A DNA stretch of 63,544 bases, the filler included, from Candidatus Woesearchaeota archaeon (GTDB taxonomy: Archaea; Nanobdellota; Nanobdellia; Pacearchaeales; UBA284): assembly GCA_964354405.1 (NCBI GenBank). It is 6 parts of 5 records of this genome, joined end to end, with 100 filler letters (N's around TTAATTAATTAA, not from the genome) between each part and the next. Parts side by side here need not be neighbours in the genome. Positions count along the whole stretch, not along the records: positions 11,476 to 30,652 come from CAYGZP010000003.1; 5 more parts are not named here. One strand, given 5' to 3'. A program made the position numbers and the translations under genes. The notes below the pieces were generated by a model that was given only the letters and a program-made list of their open reading frames with translations, did not search any database and was not told the DNA's origin. How positions within the stretch are numbered: position 1 is the first letter of the stretch; each line of letters begins with the position of its first letter. Positions 18,760-28,800 of the stretch are shown one piece after another.

Positions 18760-19220
18760 TCTAAACTAATCTGAAACTATTCAGAATATATTCTACTCGG
18801 AGATCAATGAATCTCCTGCGTTTCTGGCGGGGCAGAACCAGAGCGACAAGTCTCCCAAGGAATTTGGGAAAACTTGCCGAATGAATCATACGTTTCAGTA
18901 TGGGTGTTGTCACCTTTCGCTTAACAATCCACGCCCAGCGGTCTTCCTTTACCTAGGCTAGTCTAATCTCGTTGACTAATTGCAAGTCGTCCCGAAGGAC
19001 AGCATTAAGTTGGCAGGATAACAGTCTCGGCAGCCAGTCCAACTCCACTCCTTGGGCGATATTTGCAGACCTATGTCTCGGTGCGTCCTTCACGCATCCC
19101 CGTCGCTTACACGATCCAATGGTGGCAAAAAATTGGGCCTGTCGTAGCTGACGGACTACAACAGACCCATTTTATTGACTGAAAATGATCTCCATAAGCC
19201 CGTCAGAACTTGTATTGGAT
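18760..19220 (-). ncRNA. Candidate large structured RNA (or RNA-primed origin)
   Basis: No ORF; more than 10 hairpins. G-U pairs and a C(UUCG)G loop fix the minus strand. Bounded by promoter 19227-19254 and terminator 18718-18755. Confidence 0.55.
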
Positions 19221-19226
19221 ACAAGG

Positions 19227-19254
19227 AATCTAACAGAGCAAAGACCAATGTCAA
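19227..19254 (-). promoter_or_regulatory. Sigma70-type promoter
   Basis: TTGACA-N16-TAGATT with TGn; palindrome copy 19264 lies 9 bp upstream of the -35. Confidence 0.7.
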
Positions 19255-19279
19255 ATACTTTTTTTATCGGTTACGATAC

Positions 19280-19561
19280 TTATGTGATAATCCGTGGAGC
19301 CTCCTCTTTCTCCTCTTCCTTATCGAATCGTTTCCTAAACTGCGCTTGGGTGTAGTATAGGAACGCCATTTCCAAGTAGCGGATAGCCTCAAACCCTTCA
19401 CCCTTGCGGGATTCTGATTTGATGACCATCATGCTTGCGGTATGCAACAGGCTTGCCATTGCATGGACTCGTTCGTTTAGTGTCTCGTCGGCTGACTTGA
19501 TGAAGGTAAACGCTTCAAGGACAGCTTTCGAGGTTTCGTTTTGTGGTGTTTGTTCTGACAT
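19280..19561 (-). CDS. Hypothetical phage protein
   Basis: 93-aa ORF in operon. Confidence 0.65.
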   Translation of the reverse strand: MSEQTPQNETSKAVLEAFTFIKSADETLNERVHAMASLLHTASMMVIKSESRKGEGFEAIRYLEMAFLYYTQAQFRKRFDKEEEKEEAPRIIT

Positions 19562-19564
19562 AAA

Positions 19565-20551
19565 TTATGCTTCTTTCAAAAATTTCAGCCATTCGTTCTC
19601 CGCTGGATCAAACCATGATTTGTCGCCAAGGTCGATCAGTAGTTGGTGTTCTTGCACTTCTTCTGGCATATTGCGGAGGACTTCTGAGTTAGAGAAGTTA
19701 CTGACATTGAGGAGAAGGAAACGATGACCTGCTGGTTTATCGTCCTTACCTTGCTCACTACGCACTCGGTTCCTAACCTCAGTCGAGGATAGCTTCTCCG
19801 TCTTCGCGGCCTCAAGAAGTTCACTTTGCTTCTGTGCGTTGTTCTTCTCGTCTCCGAAGTTGGCGTTTCCAATCTCACGATAGACTGTGAATGGTAGCAT
19901 TGGGTCTCGTTTAGCAGCAGGGAATGCGCGGCAAGCACGGGCGTAACCGGAGACAGTTGGATAGCTCTTCTTGAATTGGGAGCAGAGTTGGTTGACTACA
20001 TCCTCATGCCCTGCGTTCTCAAGAGCTACTACTGAATCACCGATGATCCATTGTGCTCCCGATTCCAGAGTCAAACCGAAGGCGAATGCTGCCACCCAGT
20101 CTTTCATCTCTACTTCACCTTTAGGAACGCACTGAGTCATCCCTGCACCGATGTCGAACTTCTGTGTGAAGGATGACAATTCCAATCCGTTCTTCACACT
20201 CTCCACAAGGGCGATGGATTCGTTGACTTCGATAGGTTCATCCTCGGTTAATTCAACCTCAACTTCTTCAACTACTGGATTGGCGAGGCGTTCTTCTGCC
20301 ATCTCCTCGGCCATGTCCAAGTCGGCTGACATCTTCTCAAACATCTCCAGCATCTCATCTGGTGCATCGTCTTCAAGGTATTCGTTCTTAGTTACTTTTG
20401 ACCATGCTTTCTTGATGTGGGTTTCGGTGATGTTGATACCCGGCCATTCGGTCTTAACGAACTCGCCCATTTGGCGAAGGTATGTGGACAGAGGGACAAT
20501 GATTCCCTCTTGAGTTGGGCTGAACAATTCTAATTCTGATTTCTTTTTCAT
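19565..20551 (-). CDS. Hypothetical phage protein (acidic; W.IGD motif, possibly DNA-binding)
   Basis: 328-aa ORF. Confidence 0.7.
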   Translation of the reverse strand: MKKKSELELFSPTQEGIIVPLSTYLRQMGEFVKTEWPGINITETHIKKAWSKVTKNEYLEDDAPDEMLEMFEKMSADLDMAEEMAEERLANPVVEEVEVELTEDEPIEVNESIALVESVKNGLELSSFTQKFDIGAGMTQCVPKGEVEMKDWVAAFAFGLTLESGAQWIIGDSVVALENAGHEDVVNQLCSQFKKSYPTVSGYARACRAFPAAKRDPMLPFTVYREIGNANFGDEKNNAQKQSELLEAAKTEKLSSTEVRNRVRSEQGKDDKPAGHRFLLLNVSNFSNSEVLRNMPEEVQEHQLLIDLGDKSWFDPAENEWLKFLKEA

Positions 20552-20590
20552 TTTGGTGTTATAGGGTTAGGTGTTCTGGGGAGAACAAGG

Positions 20591-21445
20591 TTAATATGGA
20601 ATGTCGTCGTTGTCTTCTACAGGAGCGTCAAGGTTGAGGTCTTGTGCCGCTTGCTCTACGCACTTGGCGAATGGAGTTGTAAATCCTTTGTCCAAGTAAT
20701 ACTCATAAAGTTTAGTGAGTGCAGGCTTGCCGATTGCACCGAGCTTCTTGTCTTTGTGCGAACCACTTGGGACGATAGCAGATGCCCAATCAGCGGGGTC
20801 AAGTTCTGCTGGTTCTTCCACTTTAGCTTCAGACTTTGGCTCTGACTTGCTGATGGAGATTCCTTTGCGGTTAGCCTCGATGAAGACCGACGAGACATAA
20901 GCCCGAAGAGTCTCTTCATCTGTGACTTTGCCGAGATAGGCCATGCGAACCAAGGAGTCGATGTAAAGGTGAGTCTCTACGATTTGATCGAGTGCCTGCT
21001 CTGGATTATCGGAAACGATACTCTTGGGTATTACATAAGACGAATAAGGTGATCGAACAATTTCTTCGTTTGGTGTTTTACGCGCAGGCTCTTCACTCAC
21101 ACCATCGTATTCCACCTTTGCCGAAGCAGTGGCTTTGATGACTTGGTTGTGGATCTGCTGACCTTCTTTGTTCTTGTAGGATTCTTCCTCAAAGGTAACT
21201 CCGTTCATCCCATGCTTGCCGCGAGTCGAGGACAAGGTAATTGTCCTACCCTTGGCAGATTCTGGCTGAGTGCATTTCCAAAACGCGAGTTTGTAGTTCT
21301 TCCCATCTACTTCGATCTCGCCATTCTGAATCGTATATGGGCCGTAGTTGCCTTCGTGTTGCTTTTCTGGGAAGAGTTTAGTGATCTTCCCTGTTACTTT
21401 CTTGATGATATCTTTGGGTTCTAAACCCTCTAATTGGTTACTCAT
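20591..21445 (-). CDS. Putative single-stranded DNA-binding protein
   Basis: OB-fold-like N-terminus, acidic DNDDIPY tail, adjacent to an exonuclease. Confidence 0.6.
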   Translation of the reverse strand: MSNQLEGLEPKDIIKKVTGKITKLFPEKQHEGNYGPYTIQNGEIEVDGKNYKLAFWKCTQPESAKGRTITLSSTRGKHGMNGVTFEEESYKNKEGQQIHNQVIKATASAKVEYDGVSEEPARKTPNEEIVRSPYSSYVIPKSIVSDNPEQALDQIVETHLYIDSLVRMAYLGKVTDEETLRAYVSSVFIEANRKGISISKSEPKSEAKVEEPAELDPADWASAIVPSGSHKDKKLGAIGKPALTKLYEYYLDKGFTTPFAKCVEQAAQDLNLDAPVEDNDDIPY

Positions 21446-22307
21446 TTGATTTGTATGTTGCTTTGTAGTAGTGGCAGAAGGGCGCTACTGAGCAATAACG
21501 CTCGCAACGGATGTTTCCTCCTGCCCGTGTTTCGATTGAGTGTTTCGCTCCATAGGTAGGTAGCAATCTTTCAGCTTCCTCCAATGTCTCGCACACTTTT
21601 ACTGCTCGTTTATTACCATCTTTTTTTATGGCAAAAGTATTTGATTTAGCCCAGCGTTCTTTTGGTTCGCAAGCTGGGATAATATCGTCTGGCATTGCTG
21701 CCGCTGCTTGGTGAAGTTTGATCCTCTCCGTAGCGTAGCGGACTACCTCTTCGTTATCCCACAATGGTATGTCAACGATGTGGACTGCGCACTGGGGATA
21801 CTCTTTGTCAAACTCAGCCTTGCTCGCCTGCCAGTCCCGAAGGATAGCGACGATCTGGAGCTTCTTTGGGGAATACCCATACTCTCTCCATAACATTGCG
21901 TTGCAATTGAGTTGCATTACCCATTCATTTTTCTGTCCGAGTAGGAAAGAGAAGACTGATGTTACTTTGAAGTCAGAAAGAACTCCCTTCTCCACTTCGT
22001 ATAAATCAGTCTGACCTGTGAGTGTCCAACCATTAATCTCTTTGTAGAGACGCTTCTCAGTCATCTCTTCTTCGCCGCCTGCCAGCTCAAGAACTTTGTG
22101 AACCGACTGACCGAGCAATGCCCACACCCTATCGGATGCGTCTTCCACGATCTGGTCGGAATACCTTTTCTTAAGTTGGTTGATTTTCGGTGGCCCGATT
22201 AAGGTTGTCACCGATATGTCTGCTTTCCTTGTTCCTGCCATATACCCGTCATGGGACAAGGCGCGGAACATAGGTGCTGGGAGCGAATAGTTATTCGTTA
22301 TCGTCAT
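21438..22307 (-). CDS. PD-(D/E)XK exonuclease, Cas4/RecB-like
   Basis: G..VH..LE, E, LTGQTD, DFK, QLN and C-terminal CxxYCxxxxFC motifs. Confidence 0.8.
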   Translation of the reverse strand: MTITNNYSLPAPMFRALSHDGYMAGTRKADISVTTLIGPPKINQLKKRYSDQIVEDASDRVWALLGQSVHKVLELAGGEEEMTEKRLYKEINGWTLTGQTDLYEVEKGVLSDFKVTSVFSFLLGQKNEWVMQLNCNAMLWREYGYSPKKLQIVAILRDWQASKAEFDKEYPQCAVHIVDIPLWDNEEVVRYATERIKLHQAAAAMPDDIIPACEPKERWAKSNTFAIKKDGNKRAVKVCETLEEAERLLPTYGAKHSIETRAGGNIRCERYCSVAPFCHYYKATYKSNE

Positions 22308-22452
22308 TTGGTTCGTCCCAATAGGTAGGTCGAATGCCTTGATCCATGTCGCGGTGAGCGCACTTGTAGAGAAAATCAGATTCTCTCTCTTCTTCTATTT
22401 CGGAAGATAGATCGTATGGCTCCTCTTCCCCGTCATTGCAAGCCAAACTCAT
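22291..22452 (-). CDS. Small acidic protein (53 aa)
   Basis: MSLACNDGEEEPYDL...DDNE*, ATGA-coupled. Confidence 0.55.
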   Translation of the reverse strand: MSLACNDGEEEPYDLSSEIEEERESDFLYKCAHRDMDQGIRPTYWDEPNDDNE

Positions 22453-22697
22453 TCAGTTGGTGCTAATTTTTCCTCAAAGGAAGCCGCAAGGATTTCCGAA
22501 ACACCGCGAAGGTGATCGCCAATTTTGACCAAGGTAGCTGCGCTTGTCAGTTTACCCAGATCGAATTTTCCATCCACCGCCGACGATGAAATAAGGCGAA
22601 GGTAGATTTCTTTTTGAAGCTCACTTGGAGCGGTTGTTTTTGTAGGTGTGGGTTTATCTTTCATTAGTGTTTTATGGACGGGTGTTGTGCCGTTCAC
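22449..22697 (-). CDS. Hypothetical phage protein
   Basis: First gene after the promoter; start is GTG 22697 or a downstream ATG. Confidence 0.6.
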   Translation of the reverse strand: MNGTTPVHKTLMKDKPTPTKTTAPSELQKEIYLRLISSSAVDGKFDLGKLTSAATLVKIGDHLRGVSEILAASFEEKLAPTE

Positions 22698-22703
22698 AAG
22701 GCG

Positions 22704-22731
22704 AATCTACATCCTCCGATTATCGTGTCAA
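22704..22731 (-). promoter_or_regulatory. Sigma70-type promoter of the recombination operon
   Basis: TTGACA-N16-TAGATT; palindrome copy 22753 lies upstream. Confidence 0.7.
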
Positions 22732-22771
22732 CATTTTTTTGTAGTTTTTTTATTATCGTTTCCGATAACAG

Positions 22772-22807
22772 AAAACGCACCCCAGATTTTAGTCCGAGGT
22801 GCGTCCC
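22772..22807 (-). terminator. Intrinsic terminator after the giant virion gene
   Basis: GACGCACC..GGTGCGT-TTTC on the minus strand. Confidence 0.55.
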
Positions 22808-22869
22808 CTAATGAATAACACGAAACAGCAACAAGCTGCGGAGGTAGATTACATGAGCCTCTGCGGGTG

Positions 22870-25800
22870 TCAAGGCTTTTTGGCCGCTTGCCTAACTTTG
22901 TTCTCTGCTACATCCCTCGCACGATTCCCGATCCTCTCAACTGCCTTGCTGTAGAACTCCGGTTTAGCATTAAAAAGTTTGTCGTAGTTTTTCTTCATGG
23001 AGGTTGTGAGGATAGTTCCGTATTCCCTCACGAACATCTCGTATTCTTTATTGGTCGGTTGCCTGTCGAGCCTTTGTGCAAGCTGATTCCGAGTCGGTAT
23101 GCTTGGCCCTCCACCTTGCTTCAATACCAACTCATGGAGCTTGATTGATTCTCTGTCAGTCGGGATGTCATAGACAATCGGAACGCCGAGCTTGAACATC
23201 TTGCTTGCGAAGTCAGTTGAAAGCGATGGTTCACCAAATGCGTTCAAAGATTTCGGTGCTACAGCAGGCCCGATAAATGGGATGTTTGACCACACCGCTC
23301 CATCCAATGTTCTCCTGTCAATCGGATCGTTGAGGAAGTTTGAGAGGTTGCTTGCAAGGCTTGTTCCCAATACGGGAATCAGAGTCTTCGCAGGGAAAGT
23401 CAATCCCTTGGCAACGCCCTCTACACCGATGTCTCCGTAGGTTCCGAAGAGTGATTTAGTGGTGAACGCATATGGGCCGCGACGAAGGGCAGCATCAAAT
23501 AAAAACCCTGCTACGATTGCCGCATCTTCCAGTTGTGCGGGTGTCTTGGTTTGTTGCTTCTGCTTCTTGCGAATCTCAAGGTCATCAATCGCTCCAAGCA
23601 TCATCGCAGGCCAAGTGAACGCTTCAAATCCCCTCATCATATTCAGAGTGAATTTGGTTTTACCAAACGAAAGGATCATCGAGTTCGGCTTGTTGCCTGC
23701 CTTATACCAAGAGTCGTAAAACTGAGCGTCATCTTTCCTCTGTGGCCCGTTACCAGTAAATACTATCTTGAACTCATCCTCATCTTCTGGATCGTCAGTT
23801 GAGCCTGCGCGGAGGGCCATGAGTGCGAACAATGCTATAGTTCCGGCGGCTGCTTCGTTGAATCTTTGCTGGCGTTGGAAGTCACTACCCAAAGACTGGG
23901 CATAGCGGGATTCAATGTTTCTATTTTTTAAGGCAGCATCAACCATGATACGAACGAATCCATAAGGCGAGAACCATGCTGTCTCACGAATTACGCGAGC
24001 AGGGACGATGGCGAATCCATAGATTATTCGGCTGAAGATTTTGATGAATTGGCTATCGCTTCTATTGGCAGCGTTGGCTACAGACTCCAGCAACCACAAG
24101 GCAGGAGAGGATGCCATGCCAGCGTCTTTTAGATTTGTCGCCTCTTCTTTGAATGCGTCGAGCGATTGCCTGTTCCTACCTACCGAAGACAGAGCATCGT
24201 TGATAGCGGCATCCATTGCGGATTTGATTGCCTCTACTTTAACGCCTTCCTTCTCCAAGGATTTTTTCCAAGATGAAATGTAGAACTCATCTGCCAAGAT
24301 GCTCGCTTTGTTTTTATCGGTTCCGATAGCGATTTGTTGGAGATAGAAATCATTCTTCGCTTTCATCATGGCAGCGAAGACTTCATTAGCCTGCTTGTTA
24401 TTCATCCCCTTGTTCTTCATTACCGCCATCGCATACTTACTGATGTTTTGGTTCTGAAGAGCGGCAATCGCTCCGTAGTCGAGGGCATTCAAGATACGAC
24501 GAACATAATCCATCATACCAACCATCATGTTCTTTACGCCATCTGCCCGTTCTTTCGCATTCTTACTCTTGGTGAATTGATCTACACCCTTACGGTAGAG
24601 TCGAAGAAGATTATCATCATTCACGATGTAATCCACATTGGAATAGACAGTGACATTGTTCTTGAAGGAGAACGCAACTGTATTTGCCCATGACTTGATC
24701 GAGTCAACGAATGCTGTAGCCGCCCTGCCAATAGCTTTGGCATCACCCTTGATTGCGCCAGACCCTGCTTCCACGATAGCATTCCGCATAGCAAATGCGA
24801 TTGGTGAGAATGAGTTCACAGTCAATGTCGGGATACCACTCAAGGCTTGAGCATCGTAGTATTGTCCGATGACATCCCTTGCTCTGATAGGCAACTTAGC
24901 CTTAGAAATAACATCTTGGATTGCTTTGTAGGCTTCTGCTTTTTTAAGCTCCCCCGATTTTGGATCAGCGAGGATAGCGTCATTCTTGAGCAGGGTCTTA
25001 TATTGCTCTGGAGAAAACCCAGTCCATCCATTCAATGCCGCCATGTCGCTTAAAACATTCCTTGCAGGGTCTAATGCGCCAGCGCGGAGGGCTTGCAATA
25101 CCTTTTGGAATGCTCTGCGGCTTCTTGTATCTCCAGCTTTCCAAGGTGCAGTCTTGCTAATAGCATCTGTGAATGCCTGCTCCTGCGCCATCGTGAAGCG
25201 TTTCTGGAGCGAGATGTCCATCAGTTTTGCTATGCGTTCGGCTTGTGCTGTTGGTAGTCCTGCTTTACGAAGATAGTCACGCATGACCTCATATCTCCAA
25301 TTAGGATTCTGTTGATCTTCAAGAGGAGTATCTTTAATTGCTTTGACAATCTCACTGATTGGCCCTTTCTCTATCGCCTTGTTGATGGAAGATAGTTCTC
25401 TTGAAAGGCTATTGATCTCATGCTGTCTCCATACGATGTCAGCCAGTGTCTCTGCTGCTGCTACCTCTACTCCTGCTTCTTGGAGTTTGGCAACTAAAAG
25501 GGATTTCCAAGGAGCTTTGCGCCCCATGTCTGGACGTTGCTTTAAATCATTAGCTACGATAGCACGGACATCATTTGTGATCTGTCTTGCTGCTGTTGGA
25601 TCAAATGAAGGTGTATCAGATTGAATCTTGGCGAGCTTTTCAATCTCAGCGTCCGCTTGTCTCTGAACTTTCTTGTATTCCTCATCAAGTTCTGCTTCCT
25701 CAGTCTGACGTTTTTCCCTGCCTTTTTCGGTAGCCTTCGTGAACTCTTCCTTGATCTTACCAACTAAGTCAGTCCCAGTTCTGCCGCCAACCGATTCAAG

Positions 25801-28800
25801 CTCATCAGTCAACTCTTGCTCGCTTACTTGTGGAGTCTTCTCTACCGCTGCATAAGCATCCTTGATAGATTGAATTTGATCTTTGGTTGGGTTAGGCCCG
25901 TAGATGAACTCTGCTACATAGTTAGTGTAGGCATCCTGTTCAGCTTGCGCCATTTTTAAAAATCGTTGAGCCAACTCAAGCCTTGCGCGTAAATCTCTGG
26001 CAGCATCGCTTACACCGATTGCAGCAGTCGGTAGTTTATTGATGTTGGTCAACATTATGCCAAGCAATTTCTTATTTCCTTCTGCTGCGAGTCTAATCGA
26101 ATATTCAAACAAGTCGTTAATGAACAACGCTGCACCCATGCTGATCTCACTCGCCGCTCCAGACTCATCTACTATCCTTCCAACATCGTTCAGTTCTTTA
26201 GCGAAATCAGTTCCACCCCTACCAATCAGTCTTCCCAATGCACGGAATGCTTCAGTAGTATTTTTATCTGATACTTTGGTAGGATTAAACTTCTTTCGGA
26301 GGAGTTCTTGAGTCTTGGCAATGATGCCTTCTGGAGTTTTCTTTGGTGGGCCAACTTCTTCGCCCACGATTTGTTCTGGTTTTCCAGTTGGCGCGGGTTC
26401 TGGAGTTGATTCAAGTAATTCAATTTTATCACTTGTTGGAACGGACTTAATTTTCGATGGTGATGCAGATGTTATTGAATCAAGCCAAGTAGCAAGTGTT
26501 TCATCTGGAGAAAAGTTTTCTGATATTGCATTCCAAAGTTTTTTTAATTTTGCTGCAATTTCTGTAAAGAATTTATCAACTAAAGATTTAGGTTTTTCTC
26601 TTGTAGCTGACCACTTCGCAACCTCGTCAGCAAACCATTCTTTAAAAGAACTACGATAACGCTCCCATTTTTCAACCCTAAGTTCTTGAGGAAATGGAGC
26701 TTTGGGATCAAGCCAATCTGCATCAGTCATCCACTCCCATATTCTTCGTTGATCGGCAATAGAAGGAACTCCATCTTTACTATACCTTGATGCAAACCAT
26801 TTATTATATTGTGCAATGATTTCATCTTTTGTTTTTTGATCTGCATTAGAAAACTCAAGTTCCATTATTGCATGACCAATTTCGTGAGCCATTGCTGATG
26901 GTGTTGCTTTTGATGAAACAGCAACTGTTAAATCATTCCTTGACCAAGTTCCTCCAACACTATCGCCAGCAAGTGCGTTTTCTGTGTTTTTCTTATTCGC
27001 TAAATAAACAAGCTGATCTAATCTTGTAGCTTTTCCAGATTTTTGTTTTTCATCCCATTGCTTTTCAAGTCTCGTAAGAGACTCTTCCATGCTTATAGCT
27101 TTGACTCCAGCGGACTTTAACCCCGGAAATAAATTTATTAAAGCATTTCCATATCCAATTGGATCAAGGACTGGAGCTTGCGGTTTTATTTTTGACTTTG
27201 GTTTACCTACGGGTTCTGCTGGTGTTATCGTTTCCAATACTGCGGGGGTAGCAGATGGTGCGGATTTTTCAAGCCTATCAAGTTCTGGCATTACATCGTT
27301 CTTGATGTAGTCAAGGATGTCACGCTGCCTATCAAGCTCTGATTTGTTGAACTTCTTTGCGAATGCTTTCTTTTGCGCTGGAGTCTTCGCCTTTGCTTGC
27401 TCAACTTGATAGTTACTAATGTAGGATTGCGCGGTATCACGAATCTGTTGAACCCGTGTAAAGCGTGACGCAAGTTGTTCTTTGTTCTGAACTTTGATTG
27501 GAACAAGATTCTGAAGTTCTGGTTGTGGTGCTTCAAACATTGGATGCCCGACAACGATATTGGATACGATGTCTCCTTCTTGAACATCAACTCCAGCCTT
27601 TCTTGCATCGTATTCTGCAAGCCTTTTAACTTGTTCTAAATTTGGTTCTCTACCTTGAGATTTACGAAGTGTAATTACATCGCGGATAGTTTCTGCCTGA
27701 TCATCAGTCAATGGCTCAATAACAGGCGCAACCTCTGCGGCGGGTGCTTCTGTTACAGCAGGAGTCTCGGCTACGGGAGCAGGCGTGATAGCGGGAGCTT
27801 CTTGGGCAACTGGTAAGGATTCCTTAATAGTTGGTTCGGTGGGCGCGGCAGGCAATTCAGCAGGCTTGGGTATAGATACAGGCTTGCGTGTTATTCCACC
27901 AAACACATCATAGATTTGTTCTTCTCTTCCGTATGTTGCGCCGGGAATTTCTGTAGGCAATACATCAGTTGGTAATGGCTTCGGTGCAGGTTTAGTAATC
28001 GCTTTTGCCAATTCAATCTGTTGCTTCTCTGCTTCGGTTATCGTTTCCGATAATCCTGCTTTGTTAGCCACTCCTTTGAATGCACTCAAGTTTCTCTGTG
28101 CTTCACTCAATTCCAACTTCAACTTCTGCGCTTCTTGTGAAGTAGGTTCTAAAGCATCGTAGGCTTCTTGCAGGTTAGCGACAGCATTCTCGCGGCGAGC
28201 TAATTCTTTTACTACAGATTGCGTTGCTGGTGTGTTTTCTGCCAAAAGCTCGTTGGCTACTTGATTGGATTGTTTATCAATCTTTTTCTCTTCTTTTTGT
28301 TCTGGAGAAGTAAGTGCCTCAACGCCTCCAAATCCACCACCAATTAAAAGACCAGCAGTAGCTTCCATTGTCGCCGCTGGGATTACACCCTGCATAGTCG
28401 GGACATCTACACCGATTCTTTGGAGCGCGACATTCTCAGCAATCTTTTCTTGTCCACCTTGCAATGCTTCAATAGGAGCTTCAGAGAATCCTCCCTTGAT
28501 TACAGCTTTGATTATATCTTCACTCGCTTCTTTGCCTGCGCCCGTAATCAAACGAGTCATTATCTTTTCAGCACCAGTCGAGGATGCGGCGGCTCCAAGT
28601 CCTGCGCCGATAAGAATCTGATCCAAGTTCTTTCCGTTATAGGCTTGAGCCTCGGTTGCTATGTCATCAATCTTATCTTCTGGCAAACCTTGCTGACGAA
28701 GTTCTTCTTGGACTGCTGTGTAGATTTGACCTTTAATTGATCCTGCTCCCTGCGCTGCACCTATACCCATCTGTAGACCAATAACGCCAGCCCTGCCTAA

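Larger units (their letters stand above)
5339..28053. repeat. Dispersed 16-bp palindrome TTATCG-KWWM-CGATAA (14 copies over contigs B and C)
   Basis: 16-mers start at 5339, 7686, 8123, 12720, 13281, 17310, 19264, 21006, 22753, 24314 and 28038 (exact TATCG-N4-CGATA), and at 10223, 15264 and 27225 (one mismatch). Confidence 0.9.

Noticed and set aside
21438..22307. Cas4-like nuclease as evidence of a CRISPR system
   Set aside because: Stand-alone phage exonuclease beside SSB; no array or cas1/cas2 in the window.
5339..28053. The palindrome as an FNR/CRP, Fur, LexA or LacI-family operator
   Set aside because: Half-sites and centre do not match TTGAT-N4-ATCAA, TGTGA-N6-TCACA, the Fur box, the LexA boxes I know, or the central CG of LacI operators. 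Most copies are also intragenic.
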